Assembly (NCBI GenBank): GCA_051294375.1
Contig: CM119263.1
Location: 25,882,436 to 25,946,435, forward strand
DNA: 64,000 nucleotides
Reading direction: 5' to 3'
From: Paraspadella gotoi
Lineage: Eukaryota; Animalia; Chaetognatha
Positions 44,860 to 57,439 of this stretch are shown in pieces (position 1 is the first letter of the stretch; each line of letters starts with the position of its first letter). Both the position numbers and the translations under genes were made by a program. The notes beneath the pieces are model-generated. The model was not told the origin of the DNA. It worked only from the letters and a program-made list of their open reading frames with translations, and made no database searches.

Positions 44860-46217
44860 ATTTTTAGTCGGATCTGCTTATCGCAGATTCCGACTCTATA
44901 ATTCACTTTGTCCGTCCGTCTGTCCACCCTCCCCAATCTTGTCGGTCATTAATTTAGAACATGTCAGAACATCAAATTATGATAAATTATGCAACAAAAA
45001 TGGTGTCCGTCCGTCCGTCAGTCTCGTGATTGGATTATCGTGATTGGATGGATGGATTGGAATGAAATTTTGTGTGTGGGTAGGGAAGTGTGTAATTGAG
45101 ATGGATATAAAGTTTCGATGGAATCGTGCGAGTGGAAATGGGTTTAAATGGAAAAAACAAAAAAGTCTATTTCACTATTTCAACGCCAATTACTCATGAG
45201 TGGATAGGGCAATTGACTTTAAATTTTGTATGATGGTAGGAAAGTGTGTGATTAAGCTGGATATAAAGTTTCGATGGAATCGCGCGAGTGGAAATGAGTT
45301 TAAATGGAAAAAAAAGTTATATTTACTTGAATTATTTTTATTTATTTTTACTCATAATTATTATATTGATTAAAAATTGGAAAGATAAATTGAAATGAAA
45401 CTTTGTATATTAGTAGGAGAGTATGTGGTTAAGCGGGATATAAATTTTTGATAGAATCGTAGGAGTGGAAAAGAGTTTAAATTAGAAAACCAAAAGACAC
45501 ATTTATTTGAATTTTTAAAAGTTTCCCTTTCTCTATCTCTCTCTGATTGATTGATTGATTGATTGACCAAGTTATGCCAGTTGACCAAATTATTTAAGTG
45601 ACAAAATTCTGCAAGTTGACCAAATTATGCCAGTTGACCAAATTATGCCAGTTGAGCAAATTATGCCAGTTGATCAAATAATGCAACTTGATTAAATTAT
45701 GCCAGTTTAGAAAATTATGCCAGTTGAGAAAATTATGCCGGTTGAGCAAATTATGCCAGTTGAGCAAATTATGCCAGTTGAGCAAATTATGCCAGTTGAC
45801 TAAATTATATCAGTTGACCAAATTATGCCAGTTGACAAAATTATGCCAGTTGACCAAATTATGCCAGTTGACCAAATTATGCCAGTTGACCAAATAATGC
45901 AACTTGATTAAATTATGTAAGTCGTAAAATTATGCAAGTTGACCAAATTTTGCAAAATTACCAAATTATACAAGTTGACTAAATTATGCAAGTTGGTATT
46001 GGCGCAGCTACTGGTAATGATTGATAGATCAATTGATTTATAGATTTTTTCAAAGATTTATTAAGAAGTCTGTTAGGATTTGTTATGTTACAATTTGTTA
46101 TGATCTGTTAAGATAACAAATAGAAAGTCAGAAATATTACCATGATTTATCATCGGATTAGCTTATTACCGCTTAATTATTAAAGGCAGATCAGACATTG
46201 TTTGCCCAAACTTGTTT
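44860..46217 (+). mobile_element. Long HINE-like family A copy containing an 18-bp minisatellite
   Basis: Same termini as 41775-42206, internal repeated units of about 130 bp, and (ttgaccaaattatgccag)n at 45564-45995. Confidence 0.75.
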
Positions 46218-46549
46218 CTTCAGCTGTAGATAAAGGTTACCATGATGGAAAAAAAAATGTCGCGGTTTGGAAAAGCCAGTTAATTTTATTGTTAAATATA
46301 TTTTTTGGCTAATAAATAAGTTTTAATAGGTAATATAATCTCCCTAAGATTGAATAAAATGATTATTTCTCAACAGCATTAAATTTTTTAATGCATTCAA
46401 ATACTTCCAAAAGAGGTTGTCTCTAACTGTTTTCACTTCTTTTTGATTAAAAGAACTACTCATATTATTGTTAAAGTTAATCTTTGATATAATATTTTTT
46501 ATCAGATTTGGGGCAAAAAATTGTCCTTAGCAAGCAGTGAAAAAGATTG

Positions 46550-46680
46550 ATCCCAACCCAAAGGTCCGGGGTTCTAGCCCGGTGGTCGTCTGGCAGTTAA
46601 GAGGGACGGGGCGCTTAACCCGCCTATAACATGGTGTTTCAGCCTGATCCGAAGCTCAGGGACTGCTTACATTGAACAGT
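46550..46680 (+). mobile_element. 5'-truncated tRNA-derived SINE
   Basis: tcccaacccaaaggtccggggttctagcccggtggtcg is identical to the 43061 head. The body (gggacggggcg...cagcctgatccgaag) resembles 23444-23500. Confidence 0.7.
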
Positions 46681-46945
46681 TCTGTCATTAACACTTATCA
46701 ATTATTACTGTCTCTTCAACTTTACAAAATAATATTCTGTAATATCTACATCATCAATGTATTTTTAATATTGCTCTTTTTTTAACATATGAATTAAGAT
46801 TCATCCCTAATCTATCCTAATGAAGATAATGCAATAACCATTTGACATGAGACTGAGAAAAGGCAGTGATTTTTAATAGTATTGGTTAAACTCAAAAAGT
46901 AATAAAAAAGAAACGGATATGAGTATAAATAAAAAGTGTAAATAT

Positions 46946-47114
46946 TGTGTATAAACTATCAATTTCGTTGCGTTTTGAAGTTTAGGAGAAAAAACAATTT
47001 ATTTGTTTTTATCAATTTTATCAATTGTATTATTGGTAAGACATGTTTCGACTCTTGAGTTTTAGAGTCTTCATCAGTTATGACAATCAATATTTTTACT
47101 CTTTAACATTAGGT

Positions 47115-47162
<48 letters not shown>

Positions 47163-47260
47163 AAAAGAGGGAGTTTCCAACAAAGAATTGAGCAAAGGAC
47201 AGTGGTCAGATATGAGGACAGGTGAAGGTAAGATCAGGGGAAGAAGTTGGGTGAAATTTG

Positions 47261-47299
<39 letters not shown>

Positions 47300-48980
47300 A
47301 GCGGTAAGAGAAAATCTTTACATTTTTTGTAATGTATAACAATGATAGAGAAATAAAATAACAAACTTAATAGTTAAACTAATAGTAACATTGAAAATAA
47401 ATTAATGAGTTAAAGAAGTTNNNNNNNNNNNNNNNNNNNNNNNNNNNNNNNNNNNNNNNNNNNNNNNNNNNNNNNNNNNNNNNNNNNNNNNNNNNNNNNN
47501 NNNNNNNNNNNNNNNNNNNNNNNNNNNNNNNNNNNNNNNNNNNNNNNNNNNNNNNNNNNNNNNNNNNNNNNNNNNNNNNNNNNNNNNNNNNNNNNNNNNN
47601 NNNNNNNNNNNNNNNNNNNNNNNNNNNNNNNNNNNNNNNNNNNNNNNNNNNNNNNNNNNNNNNNNNNNNNNNNNNNNNNNNNNNNNNNNNNNNNNNNNNN
47701 NNNNNNNNNNNNNNNNNNNNNNNNNNNNNNNNNNNNNNNNNNNNNNNNNNNNNNNNNNNNNNNNNNNNNNNNNNNNNNNNNNNNNNNNNNNNNNNNNNNN
47801 NNNNNNNNNNNNNNNNNNNNNNNNNNNNNNNNNNNNNNNNNNNNNNNNNNNNNNNNNNNNNNNNNNNNNNNNNNNNNNNNNNNNNNNNNNNNNNNNNNNN
47901 NNNNNNNNNNNNNNNNNNNNNNNNNNNNNNNNNNNNNNNNNNNNNNNNNNNNNNNNNNNNNNNNNNNNNNNNNNNNNNNNNNNNNNNNNNNNNNNNNNNN
48001 NNNNNNNNNNNNNNNNNNNNNNNNNNNNNNNNNNNNNNNNNNNNNNNNNNNNNNNNNNNNNNNNNNNNNNNNNNNNNNNNNNNNNNNNNNNNNNNNNNNN
48101 NNNNNNNNNNNNNNNNNNNNNNNNNNNNNNNNNNNNNNNNNNNNNNNNNNNNNNNNNNNNNNNNNNNNNNNNNNNNNNNNNNNNNNNNNNNNNNNNNNNN
48201 NNNNNNNNNNNNNNNNNNNNNNNNNNNNNNNNNNNNNNNNNNNNNNNNNNNNNNNNNNNNNNNNNNNNNNNNNNNNNNNNNNNNNNNNNNNNNNNNNNNN
48301 NNNNNNNNNNNNNNNNNNNNNNNNNNNNNNNNNNNNNNNNNNNNNNNNNNNNNNNNNNNNNNNNNNNNNNNNNNNNAAAAGAGAGAGATCCCATCGGCAG
48401 GCGCCTATAGGCCAGGAGAATATTCGAGTGCGTTAGCATTTTTCCACAGGAGGATCACTACCAAGGTCCCGAAATGTCACATCTCCACAGTCCATACTCT
48501 CAGCCCATGACAAGCCACAATGACCCGAGCTATCGCAACACGTCCCACTTTGCCAACACCTGGGGGGGCCAGCTCATTTTGAGCTCTTTCTCTCAACTTA
48601 ATTTTCACTAACCTCTTATTACCTATCCCTCAATCACTAATTCTTCTATTTCAATTCAACTTCTTTAACTCATTAATTTATTTTACAATGTTACTATTAG
48701 TTTAACTATTAAGTTTGTTATTTTATTTCTCTATCATTGTATACATTACAAAAAATGTAAAGATTTTCTCTTACCGCTGTGTCTCTCTCTTCTCTCTCTC
48801 TCTTATTTCAAATTTCACCCAACTTCTTCCCCTGATCTTACCTTCACCTGTCCTCATATCTGACCACTGTCCTTTGCTCAATTCTTTGTTGGAAACTCCC
48901 TCTTTTTTCTGTCTCTCTCCTCTCTCTCTCTCTCTTCTCTCTAACCTAATGTTAAAGAGTAAAAATATTGATTGTCATAA
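46946..48980. mobile_element. Penelope-like element remnant with inverted pLTR-like arms around an assembly gap
   Basis: 47078-47420 and 48658-48980 are inverted copies. The left arm continues into a hammerhead and the family 3' tail (46946-47077). Confidence 0.6.
47037..47080 (-). ncRNA. Minimal type I hammerhead ribozyme motif
   Basis: Reverse complement uaa-CUGAUGA-A-GACUCU-aaaacuca-AGAGUC-GAAA-CAUG-UC-uua. Helix I is uaa/uua. Confidence 0.85.
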
Positions 48981-49221
48981 TGTTTTTCCGGTTCCATTAG
49001 GATTGTACCCACGTAGGATTGCGTCATAACTCAATTTGCTGCATGAGAGCATGCCCATTGGGCATTGCCCAATGCAGGCAGTAGTCGATGCCGAGGAAGG
49101 GAATATCAAATATTGAGAATGTTTTACCCATATTTTGTATACTTTTTATTGAATAAATGAATTATGTTATATACTTTTTTCTTAGATAGTACTATTAGTA
49201 TTTACTTTAAAAACTCTCTCT

Positions 49222-49258
<37 letters not shown>

Positions 49259-49285
49259 CCTCTCAAATTTGTCTTGATTTTGCAC

Positions 49286-49457
49286 CTTGGAGAAATCAAC
49301 GCACTCTTTGCATTTGCAAAACGAATTTCCGTGTCCACAGTAATTAAAACGTTTGTTACAACATGGAGCTTCTCCGTCGGGATCACAAATTGAAGGTTTT
49401 CCATCGATGGGTTATTTGGCACACATCTCCATTCATAACGAACAGCTTTAAATTTAT
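49286..49457 (-). pseudogene. Hevein-like module exon with a 1-nt frameshift
   Basis: cag acceptor, then DKFKAVRYEWRC..., and after a frame change IDGKPSICDPDGEAPCCNKRFNYCGHGNSFCKCKECVDFSK followed by gt. Confidence 0.75.
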
Positions 49458-49488
49458 CTGAAATAAGTGAAAGAAAATTGATCCATGA

Positions 49489-50642
49489 TTTTTTTATCGA
49501 GCCATGACCGGCGAAGCCGGTTCAGGCTCGATATTGATTCGGGTCAGCTTCTTTGTGACGTAGCCATCGTCGTCGTCGTCGTCGTCGTCGTCACGCTGTT
49601 TTTATATAAAAACTACTACGCTTTTATAGGTTTGGCTGTGACTTACCGTTTTTTTTAAATAAAAATTATTATGAATTATGATAAAGTTTTACAAAAGTGT
49701 GCAATCATAGTAAGTTAAAAATTTAGATATGGCTTCTCATCTTGAAATAGCTTTGATATTTTCTTATTACATTTGGATTTAAGTATTTTTTGTTTGAATT
49801 TCAAACTTCTTTATGATTTACTGCAATATGCAAATGAGATTATAGTACTCATTATAATATCCAAATTAGTATATAGAAATGCTTTAATCTAATTTACATA
49901 TTGCAGTATATAATATTGAAGATGAAATTCAAAAAAAAAATTTTAAATCTATAATAAAAATGGGAACTCAAAGGAACTTTTTAATGAGAAGCTTAGAGAC
50001 AGTTTGAGTTTAGTTTTGACAACGATTTTATTTAATTCAGAAACAGACATGTTTCGGCTTCATCAGCCTTCATCAGCCTTCATCAGCCTTCATCAGCCTT
50101 CATCAGCGTTAGTGAACTTTGAAAATATTTTTGTGTAAAGGAAGAGAGAAAGAGAGATAAACAGAGAGAGAGAGAGGGCAAAGTTGTCAAAACTAAACTC
50201 AAACTGTCTCTAATCGTCCCAAACAACGAAAAGAAAGGATTTATATCACAATGAGAAGCTATATATTAATTTTAATACAAATAAAAATAAAATCGTTAAC
50301 AACCTATGATTGGAAAAATTGTAAAAATTTCCAATTGTAAACCATTGTAACATTTTTTGCCTTTCTTTTATTTATTTTTTAATTATATATATATTTTTTT
50401 CAGGCGCTGCCTTTTCTGAATCGTTAAAAAATGAGTTCAGGGTCTCTCTCAGTCTCTCTGTCTCTCTCTGTACCATCTCTTGCGTGATCGTTCTTTTTTG
50501 AAAAATTCTGATTATTTTTTCTTTCTAAAAAATAATATATTGATCAGGCGCTGCCTTTTCTGAATCGTTTTAAAAACCGAGTTCTGCGCTCTCTCTCTCT
50601 CTCTCCCTCCGTCTCCCTCTCTCTCTCTCTCTCTCTTATCTC

Positions 50643-50677
<35 letters not shown>

Positions 50678-50782
50678 ACAAGGCGAACGAGTAAACGAGT
50701 TCGGCCTCTCTCTTCTATCTATCTTTCTCTCTATCTGTCTCTTCTCTCTCTCTCTCTCTTTCTCTCTCTATCTCTCTCTTTC

Positions 50783-50813
<31 letters not shown>

Positions 50814-50932
50814 CTATCTCTTTTTTTTTACAAAAAAAAAAATTTATAGTACTTTTTTTCACCACCGTCACTAGGCGACGAGTAACGAGTAAACGAGTTC
50901 CGGCTCTGCAGCGTCTGTTCAGCTTCTTTCTT

Positions 50933-50966
<34 letters not shown>

Positions 50967-51706
50967 GTCTTTCTGTCTCTCTCTCTCTGTACGATCGTTC
51001 GTTTTTTGAAAAAATTCTTAATTATTTTTTCCTCCTAAAAACTTTTATATCGCCATTTGTTTTTTTCTAATACAATACCCAAATTTACATCCGAGATTTT
51101 CGTGGATTTTATTTTAGAAAAAGGAAGAATAACTTATAAAATAAGCAATGTCACATGTATATCAACTTGTGTGACAGGTGATTAATAAATAAAATATAAT
51201 ATAAAAATGTAACAATCAAAATTTCATTCAAGATTAAAATTTTTTAAAATAAGGAAATAAAATTTATTTGAATAAGTAAAACAATATGGAAGTCAAAAAT
51301 ATCATAGTCGTTAACTGATATTGTCAACTATATATTTTTGTTAATAGAGATTATAATTTTTTGACCGTTCTTATAGAAAATAGTTTAGCTTTATAGCGAC
51401 GAGTTTTTTTCATAGAATCAATATCAATCTCATTCATTTTCAATAATATGCAAAAAAAATAAGGTTTTCAAACCTCATTTTGAACTAGATGAACAAAAGA
51501 CTTCAGTCTTATTTCAATTGAAAAAAAAAATAGAAAGTTAATTGATGCTTAATCACACTCTAATAAAACAATTTTATTTTATCACGCCATCTTTTTCTTA
51601 ATACAAAATCCCAAATTTATTACCGAGATTTTCGTGGATTTTTATTTTTTCCTTCTAAAAACTTTATATATATTTTATTATTCTCTCTATATTTCTCTCT
51701 CCACAA

Positions 51707-51775
<69 letters not shown>

Positions 51776-52060
51776 TTAACTCATCGCGTCAATGAATGAC
51801 TATCATCGCATCAATGAATGACTATCATCGCATCAATGAATGATTATCATCTATCAATGAAGTACTATCATCACAACAATGAATGATTATCATCGCATCA
51901 ATGAATGATTATCATCGCATCCATCATTTGGTTATCATCGCATCAATCCTTCGTTTATCATGGCATCAATTATTGGTTATCATCGCATCAAGTATTGGTT
52001 ATCATCGCATCAATATTTGATTATCATCAAAAGAAGGCTCGATCACTATTGCTTTTAAGA
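49489..52060 (+). mobile_element. Second HINE/Helentron-like element (family B)
   Basis: T-run, then hairpin atcgagcc..accggcgaagccggt..ggctcgat and a (CGT)n tract. The subterminal repeat ggctcgat recurs at about 52036. Internal satellites (about 20-bp units) lie at 51780-52030. Confidence 0.55.
50042..50110 (-). ncRNA. Hammerhead ribozyme motif with tandemly amplified 10-nt core unit
   Basis: Reverse complement aacg-(CUGAUGAAGG)x4-CUGAUGA-AGCC-GAAA-CAUG-UC-uguu. It lies within insert 49994-50249 with TSD aatgagaagct. Confidence 0.75.
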
Positions 52061-52109
52061 TTTTTTCTTTAAATAATACAAAAGTCTCATCGGAAAAACA
52101 ATATTAAAC

Positions 52110-52217
52110 AAAAATATGGAGAACAGCAAGGATTTTTTGATTTCGGGTCGCAACGTCCAGGTCGTCCATAAAGAGGAAAATATGGGCCACATCTAGCGTC
52201 TTTACGAAATTTTTCAA
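52110..52217 (-). pseudogene. Truncated hevein-like module
   Basis: FRKDARCGPYFPLYGRPGRCDPKSKNPCCSPY, then the sequence decays. An in-frame TGA follows directly after the cag acceptor. Confidence 0.7.
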
Positions 52218-53358
52218 CTGCACGCCCCAAAAAAGTTAAGAGTGAGGACAAAAATAGAAATAACTATGACAATAATAGTTATAAAAAAGAATAGATTTGT
52301 TATTTTCCTTTCGTTGTTAAATTTTTCATTCAATTTTAGTCCTAAACTATTTTATCTGTTATACATTACTACAATGTAAAGTTTAACTTATTAATATCTC
52401 TGTTGCTGTTTCTCCTTTGACCTTTTATTTCTTTTCATAGAAGTCTGAATCCCTCAATCTGACCTAAAACTTCATCTGTCCTCACCCTCTGGTTGTTATA
52501 TTTCCCTCAACCCTTTGTTGGAAACTTTTATTTCATTTACTCTCTCTCTCGCTCTCTCTCTAAATTTATTATTATAATTTATTAAAATTTATTTATTATT
52601 TACCAACTGTCTCTCTCTCTCCCACTCTCTCCTTCTCTCTCTCTCTGACCATTTTTACTTCTTTTCAATGGTATCCATGGTTCTCCATTCTGCGGGGGCT
52701 AAAATTCCTGATGTTCAAGATCGATTTGATGAAGCGAAAATTTCTCAAATCATCGCCATTGTTGTTCTTTCAGTTGTTGTATTGCTTTCATCTATCTTAC
52801 GATTATCTTGGATGATGTAAGGGTGGAAACTATGACTGTTGGGTTTAATGATATCTTATTTAAATCAGACAATAAGGAAAGCAGAAAAACAGAATTTACA
52901 TGCATGTATTTGTTATTAGAGCTTTGTTGTCAAATTAAAATTACAAAGAGAATAAACTGGAGATTCAACCGAAAATTATGATCGAAATATGAATTGAACA
53001 ATAAACAATCCACGGAATTTTAATCCAACAAAGATTAATCAACGAATCTCACTTATAAACTCATCGAACTTAAAACAAACAATTTTAATTTTCTGTAACA
53101 ATTTCTCAGACTTTTTTGCCGTTTAACATAGAAATCGTTAATTCATGCAGAGTAAGGCGTAGTGAAGGTTGCAGATCAAAATTCGAATAGTTGTTCATGA
53201 ACAGTCTTGTACTAAAGAATAAATAAATACTATATAAATTTTTTAAAATTTTTCTTAATTTTTGCATACGCCCATATTTATACATAGTACTTACCATAGA
53301 AAAAGGCAAAATTTTAAAATAGTTTTTTTTAGTTTTGATAGCAGATTCGAATTCCTAA

Positions 53359-53401
<43 letters not shown>

Positions 53402-53441
53402 ATATTGAATCAACCTTGTTGAATTTGAAATAAACGCATAT

Positions 53442-55600
53442 GACACAATGAAAAATAACGTGGCGAAACGGTCTCGTGCTGATTTTGTCCCTTTAAAATT
53501 GTTTCTGAGCCAAATTAATTGATCATTACTTTTGGTAATATGTGCGATATACACTACTGGACATTACTGTATCTGACCATAACCCTTGACCATCAACAAA
53601 AAGCTAACTAGATCAAAAATAGTAAAAAAAATGAAGCAATATAGCTCGAAATGCTTACAAAATTTTAGACCATTGCTTTTATAAATGCAAAAAAAATATT
53701 AATATTATTAAAACAAAACTTTAATGATAACCTAATAGTTAACCGAGACCAAGATGAATATTTTTTACCCATCATTTCCTCAATTTATATGAATTTATTG
53801 TTTGTAATTAATCAATTAATCTAAATAATAATATGACAAATTCATTTTCAATTTTTTTTATGAATGGGAAGTTTTCTCTGCTTACTCCCCTTGTGTCTAA
53901 TTATTTAATATTTTAAAGGTATTTTCAAAAACCTTATATAATTACTATATTTTTCACTTTTTTTCAATTCTTTCAAACAAAAACAACATCATAAAAAAAT
54001 TTTAAATTAATAAAAAAAAATTGATTTAATGGATTATGAGTCATGAAAAAAATCAGCCTCTAGCCTTTTGATTTTTCTAGAGGCTGATTTTTTTATTTTT
54101 TTGATATTTTGATTTTCTATGCAAAACCATTATTCTCAATGAGCATAGGTCGGACGAAATTTTTTTTTCAACAATTTGAAAAAATTTTAACTTTTCTAAT
54201 TAGGCTTTTTTGGGGGAAATAAATAAATAAATTATTATACGATGGGTATATCTGAAAGTGATATGTCTCTAAATGACAAAAAAATTTTCTTTAAGTTTTA
54301 TTTTGAAATTTAAGTATTGTACCAATAGAAATAAGTGAGATACTCCTGCTTGCCGAAATTTTTATTTAACAAAGATTTGTACTGCGTAATTTAAAAAAAG
54401 TTCTTTTTTAAATAACTTTTGAAAGAAAAAGGGTAGCAAGGTGGATGTGGTATCAAATTAAAGCCCTAATCATGGACACCTTTCTAAAAGAGTTTTATTA
54501 AATTAAATCTATAAATCTTTATACAGCTTTTGTTTAAATCAGAGTTAAATGTATAACAGTTTTTTGCTTTAAAAATTTCAATGAAGGCATATGAAATTTT
54601 TTTTTCTTTTGTAATTTGAAAAAGGAAAGACTGAATTACATTTTGTTTATTATTAAATTTTCTTTATTCCATAAAATTGCTTATATTTTTCAGTTAAAGT
54701 AAAAAACAAGCAAAAATTTATGTTGTAGCTTGATAAAATATATTTTAAATATTAAAAATGATAAATAAAAAAATGTTTTCAGCTTGATATAAACAGTCTG
54801 GACATCTACCTTCTTGTCTGTGAAAAAAAAATCGTCATTTTTCATTATCTTTAACTGCAAACTAAAAGCTTGACACACTGCTTGTTTATCATAATAAAGT
54901 TGTAAAAAAATATATAGCTGGTAACATATTTGACAAATAAAAACATCATTGTGTTAAATTGTATTGATAATTTTTTTTAAATATAGCAAGGAATTTAATT
55001 CTATTATTTATCATCCATTTTAATTAAGAAAAAATATTTCTCATAATAGCCCATTGGAAAGGGTTAATGATGAAATTTTTTAGATTTCTTTACTGCCCTC
55101 ATTTCACAAGATATAAAAGGTCATGGTTATCATGTCAATAAGTCCAGATTATCTGTACCCTTTCTGCAACCTGCATTCCAAATTTTCTTTTTTTCCCTTT
55201 CAAATGTATTAAATAAAAAAAATTATTTGAGAGAATAATCGGCGTGGAGGATGCTATTGGTAAGCCTTAGTTACCCCACTTCCCGATCGAATTTTTAAAT
55301 GAGGTTTTTTTTTCATCTATTTGAGACATAACACTAACTATTAGTACTATTATTTTTTTTTATTTTTTTCTATTACAATTCTATGAATAAATATGAATAA
55401 GTAACTTTTTAAAAAAAATTATTATCTTTCACCCTATATTCAGTCATATCTAAAAAACAAAAAAAGATTTTGCAATGATATTTTGGATATCAACATATGA
55501 AACTATAACGTTTCAAAAAATAAAAAGAAATACAATAATATTGAACAGTGAATTTTTTTTATGCACGGAACAGTAACGTTACACCATTTTTCATTGTGTC
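53442..55600. mobile_element. Non-autonomous DNA transposon with 4-bp TSD, copy 2
   Basis: Same TIRs as 33766-36515, TSD atat, same orientation. Confidence 0.85.
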
Positions 55601-56796
55601 ATATATAAATATAAGTCTTAATCAAAAGATCTTCCATTAAGTTAGCTAAAATTTAAAAAACTACATTTTTTATACTAAAATTAAATTATAGGTTAACTAT
55701 AACAGTTTTTTTAGGATTTAGTCCCACTTAATGAAATAATTTTCTAAAAAGAGCACTCTTCCTTACCTCTCCTCTTCCTCATTCCAATTTGATTCTCTTT
55801 TCGTGAGGAATTCGAATTTACTTTCAAAAATTAGAAAAAAACATTTTAAAATTTGATCATGTTCATGATCTACTATTCGAATTTTTATGCTACTTGATTT
55901 TAATATTTTTTCTACGCTTTATTGCAGAGATACCGTGAGATTGTCGCCTGAAAACGAAAAAGAAAAGGGGAAAAAAATGGAATAAAAGGGGGAAAAAGGA
56001 AAAAAGGGAAAAGGAGAAGAAATAAAGGAAGGAAATGAGTCAATGGGGAACAAAAAAGGTTTAGCGTCTCCGACGGAGCGAAAAAAAACGTCGGTGGGAG
56101 GAAATATCAACGTCTCTTCTTCAACCTTCTTTTCCTTTCTTCAATTCTTTCCTTTCCTTTCTTCTTTTCTTCTTCTTCTTATTTTATTTTTTAATTTTAA
56201 TTTTACCTTTCTCTTTTTCTAATTTATAATATATATATTATTCCCATACCAAATAACAAATAACACATGACAGGTGATTATTCTATGCAAATGTTACAGA
56301 AATCTTCCACTTCTCCCTTTTTTTCCTTCACACTTCTTCTTTAGTTCTTTTCTTTTCTTGTTTTTTTTTCCCGCGCTTTATTCCTCTTTACTTTTTTCCT
56401 CTTCCTTTCCCTCTCACTTTAACTTTCTTTAACTTTTCCCTTTACCGATAATTCTTTTTATATTATATCTCAGCACTCTTCCTTTCCTTTTACCTTTCTT
56501 TTCCCCCTCCTCTTCCTCATTCCAATTTGATTCTCTTTCATTTTTTTCTTCCCTCTCTTGAATTCCAGATTTTTTTTTTATCTACATTCAGTTCATCACT
56601 TTTTCTTTTTATTATCTTTTTCATGTTCGTCTATTATTTGGTTTGTGATTTTCTTGATTTTCTTCGTGACGATTCCAACTTTTTTATTTCTTTTTTCATT
56701 TATTCGGTTGACATTGTTGTGATTCTTTCTTTTTCGTTGTGTTAGTGTTTAAGAAATAACAGATTTTTAATAAGTAACAACGAATTTTTATTTCAT

Positions 56797-56839
56797 AGGG
56801 ACATGTTTCGACTCTGTGGTTGAGAGTCTTCATCAGCAT
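56797..56839 (-). ncRNA. Minimal type I hammerhead ribozyme motif
   Basis: Reverse complement aug-CUGAUGA-A-GACUCU-caaccac-AGAGUC-GAAA-CAUG-UC-ccu, with a mismatch in helix I. The insert at about 56712-56852 is flanked by attcggttga direct repeats. Confidence 0.8.
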
Positions 56840-57439
56840 TTGATTCAATCAAATTCGGTTGAATAAGTTTTTGTCTTTTGTTAAAATTCAATCATACTTT
56901 TTATGCACATGCATTTTTGAAGCCACAAGTTCTTCTTTCTCTGTCATTCTTTCTTTTGAAAACATTTTTTAGTCGGATTTGCTTATCAGCAGATTCCGAC
57001 TTTATAATTCACTTTGTGTTTTAGTGTCTGTCTTTTTACTTTCAATCCCCTTTCTTTCACCTTTTTTCTTTCAATATTCTTCTTCCTCTAGTAATTTCCT
57101 TCCCTTCTTCTCCATTAAAACCAATTTTTTGGGTTTTTTTTTCTTTTCTTTTTCTTTCTTTTTTCTCTTTCTCATTTGAGCCTCTTTGGCACGGCTCCCA
57201 TCACCTCCCATCACCTCCCATCAATTCCCATCACCTCCCCTATCTCCTCAACTCAATAATCACCTCACCTCACAAAATACCCCACCTCACCCAACCTCAC
57301 ATCACCTCAACTTCTCTAACCAAACCACACCAATCACCTGACCTCACTTTTTCACGCCTCACCTCACTCCCCCTCACAATGACCTGACCTCACTTTCACC
57401 TCACCCCACTCCGTCTCCCAAATCACCTCACCTCAGCCA

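Noticed and set aside
45564-45995. CRISPR-like array
   Set aside because: Contiguous 18-bp tandem units without unique spacers, in a eukaryotic context.
47402-48439. 345-aa ORF
   Set aside because: Almost entirely N gap.
52668-52820. 50-aa ORF with a C-terminal hydrophobic segment
   Set aside because: Too short, with no recognisable motif or linked exons.
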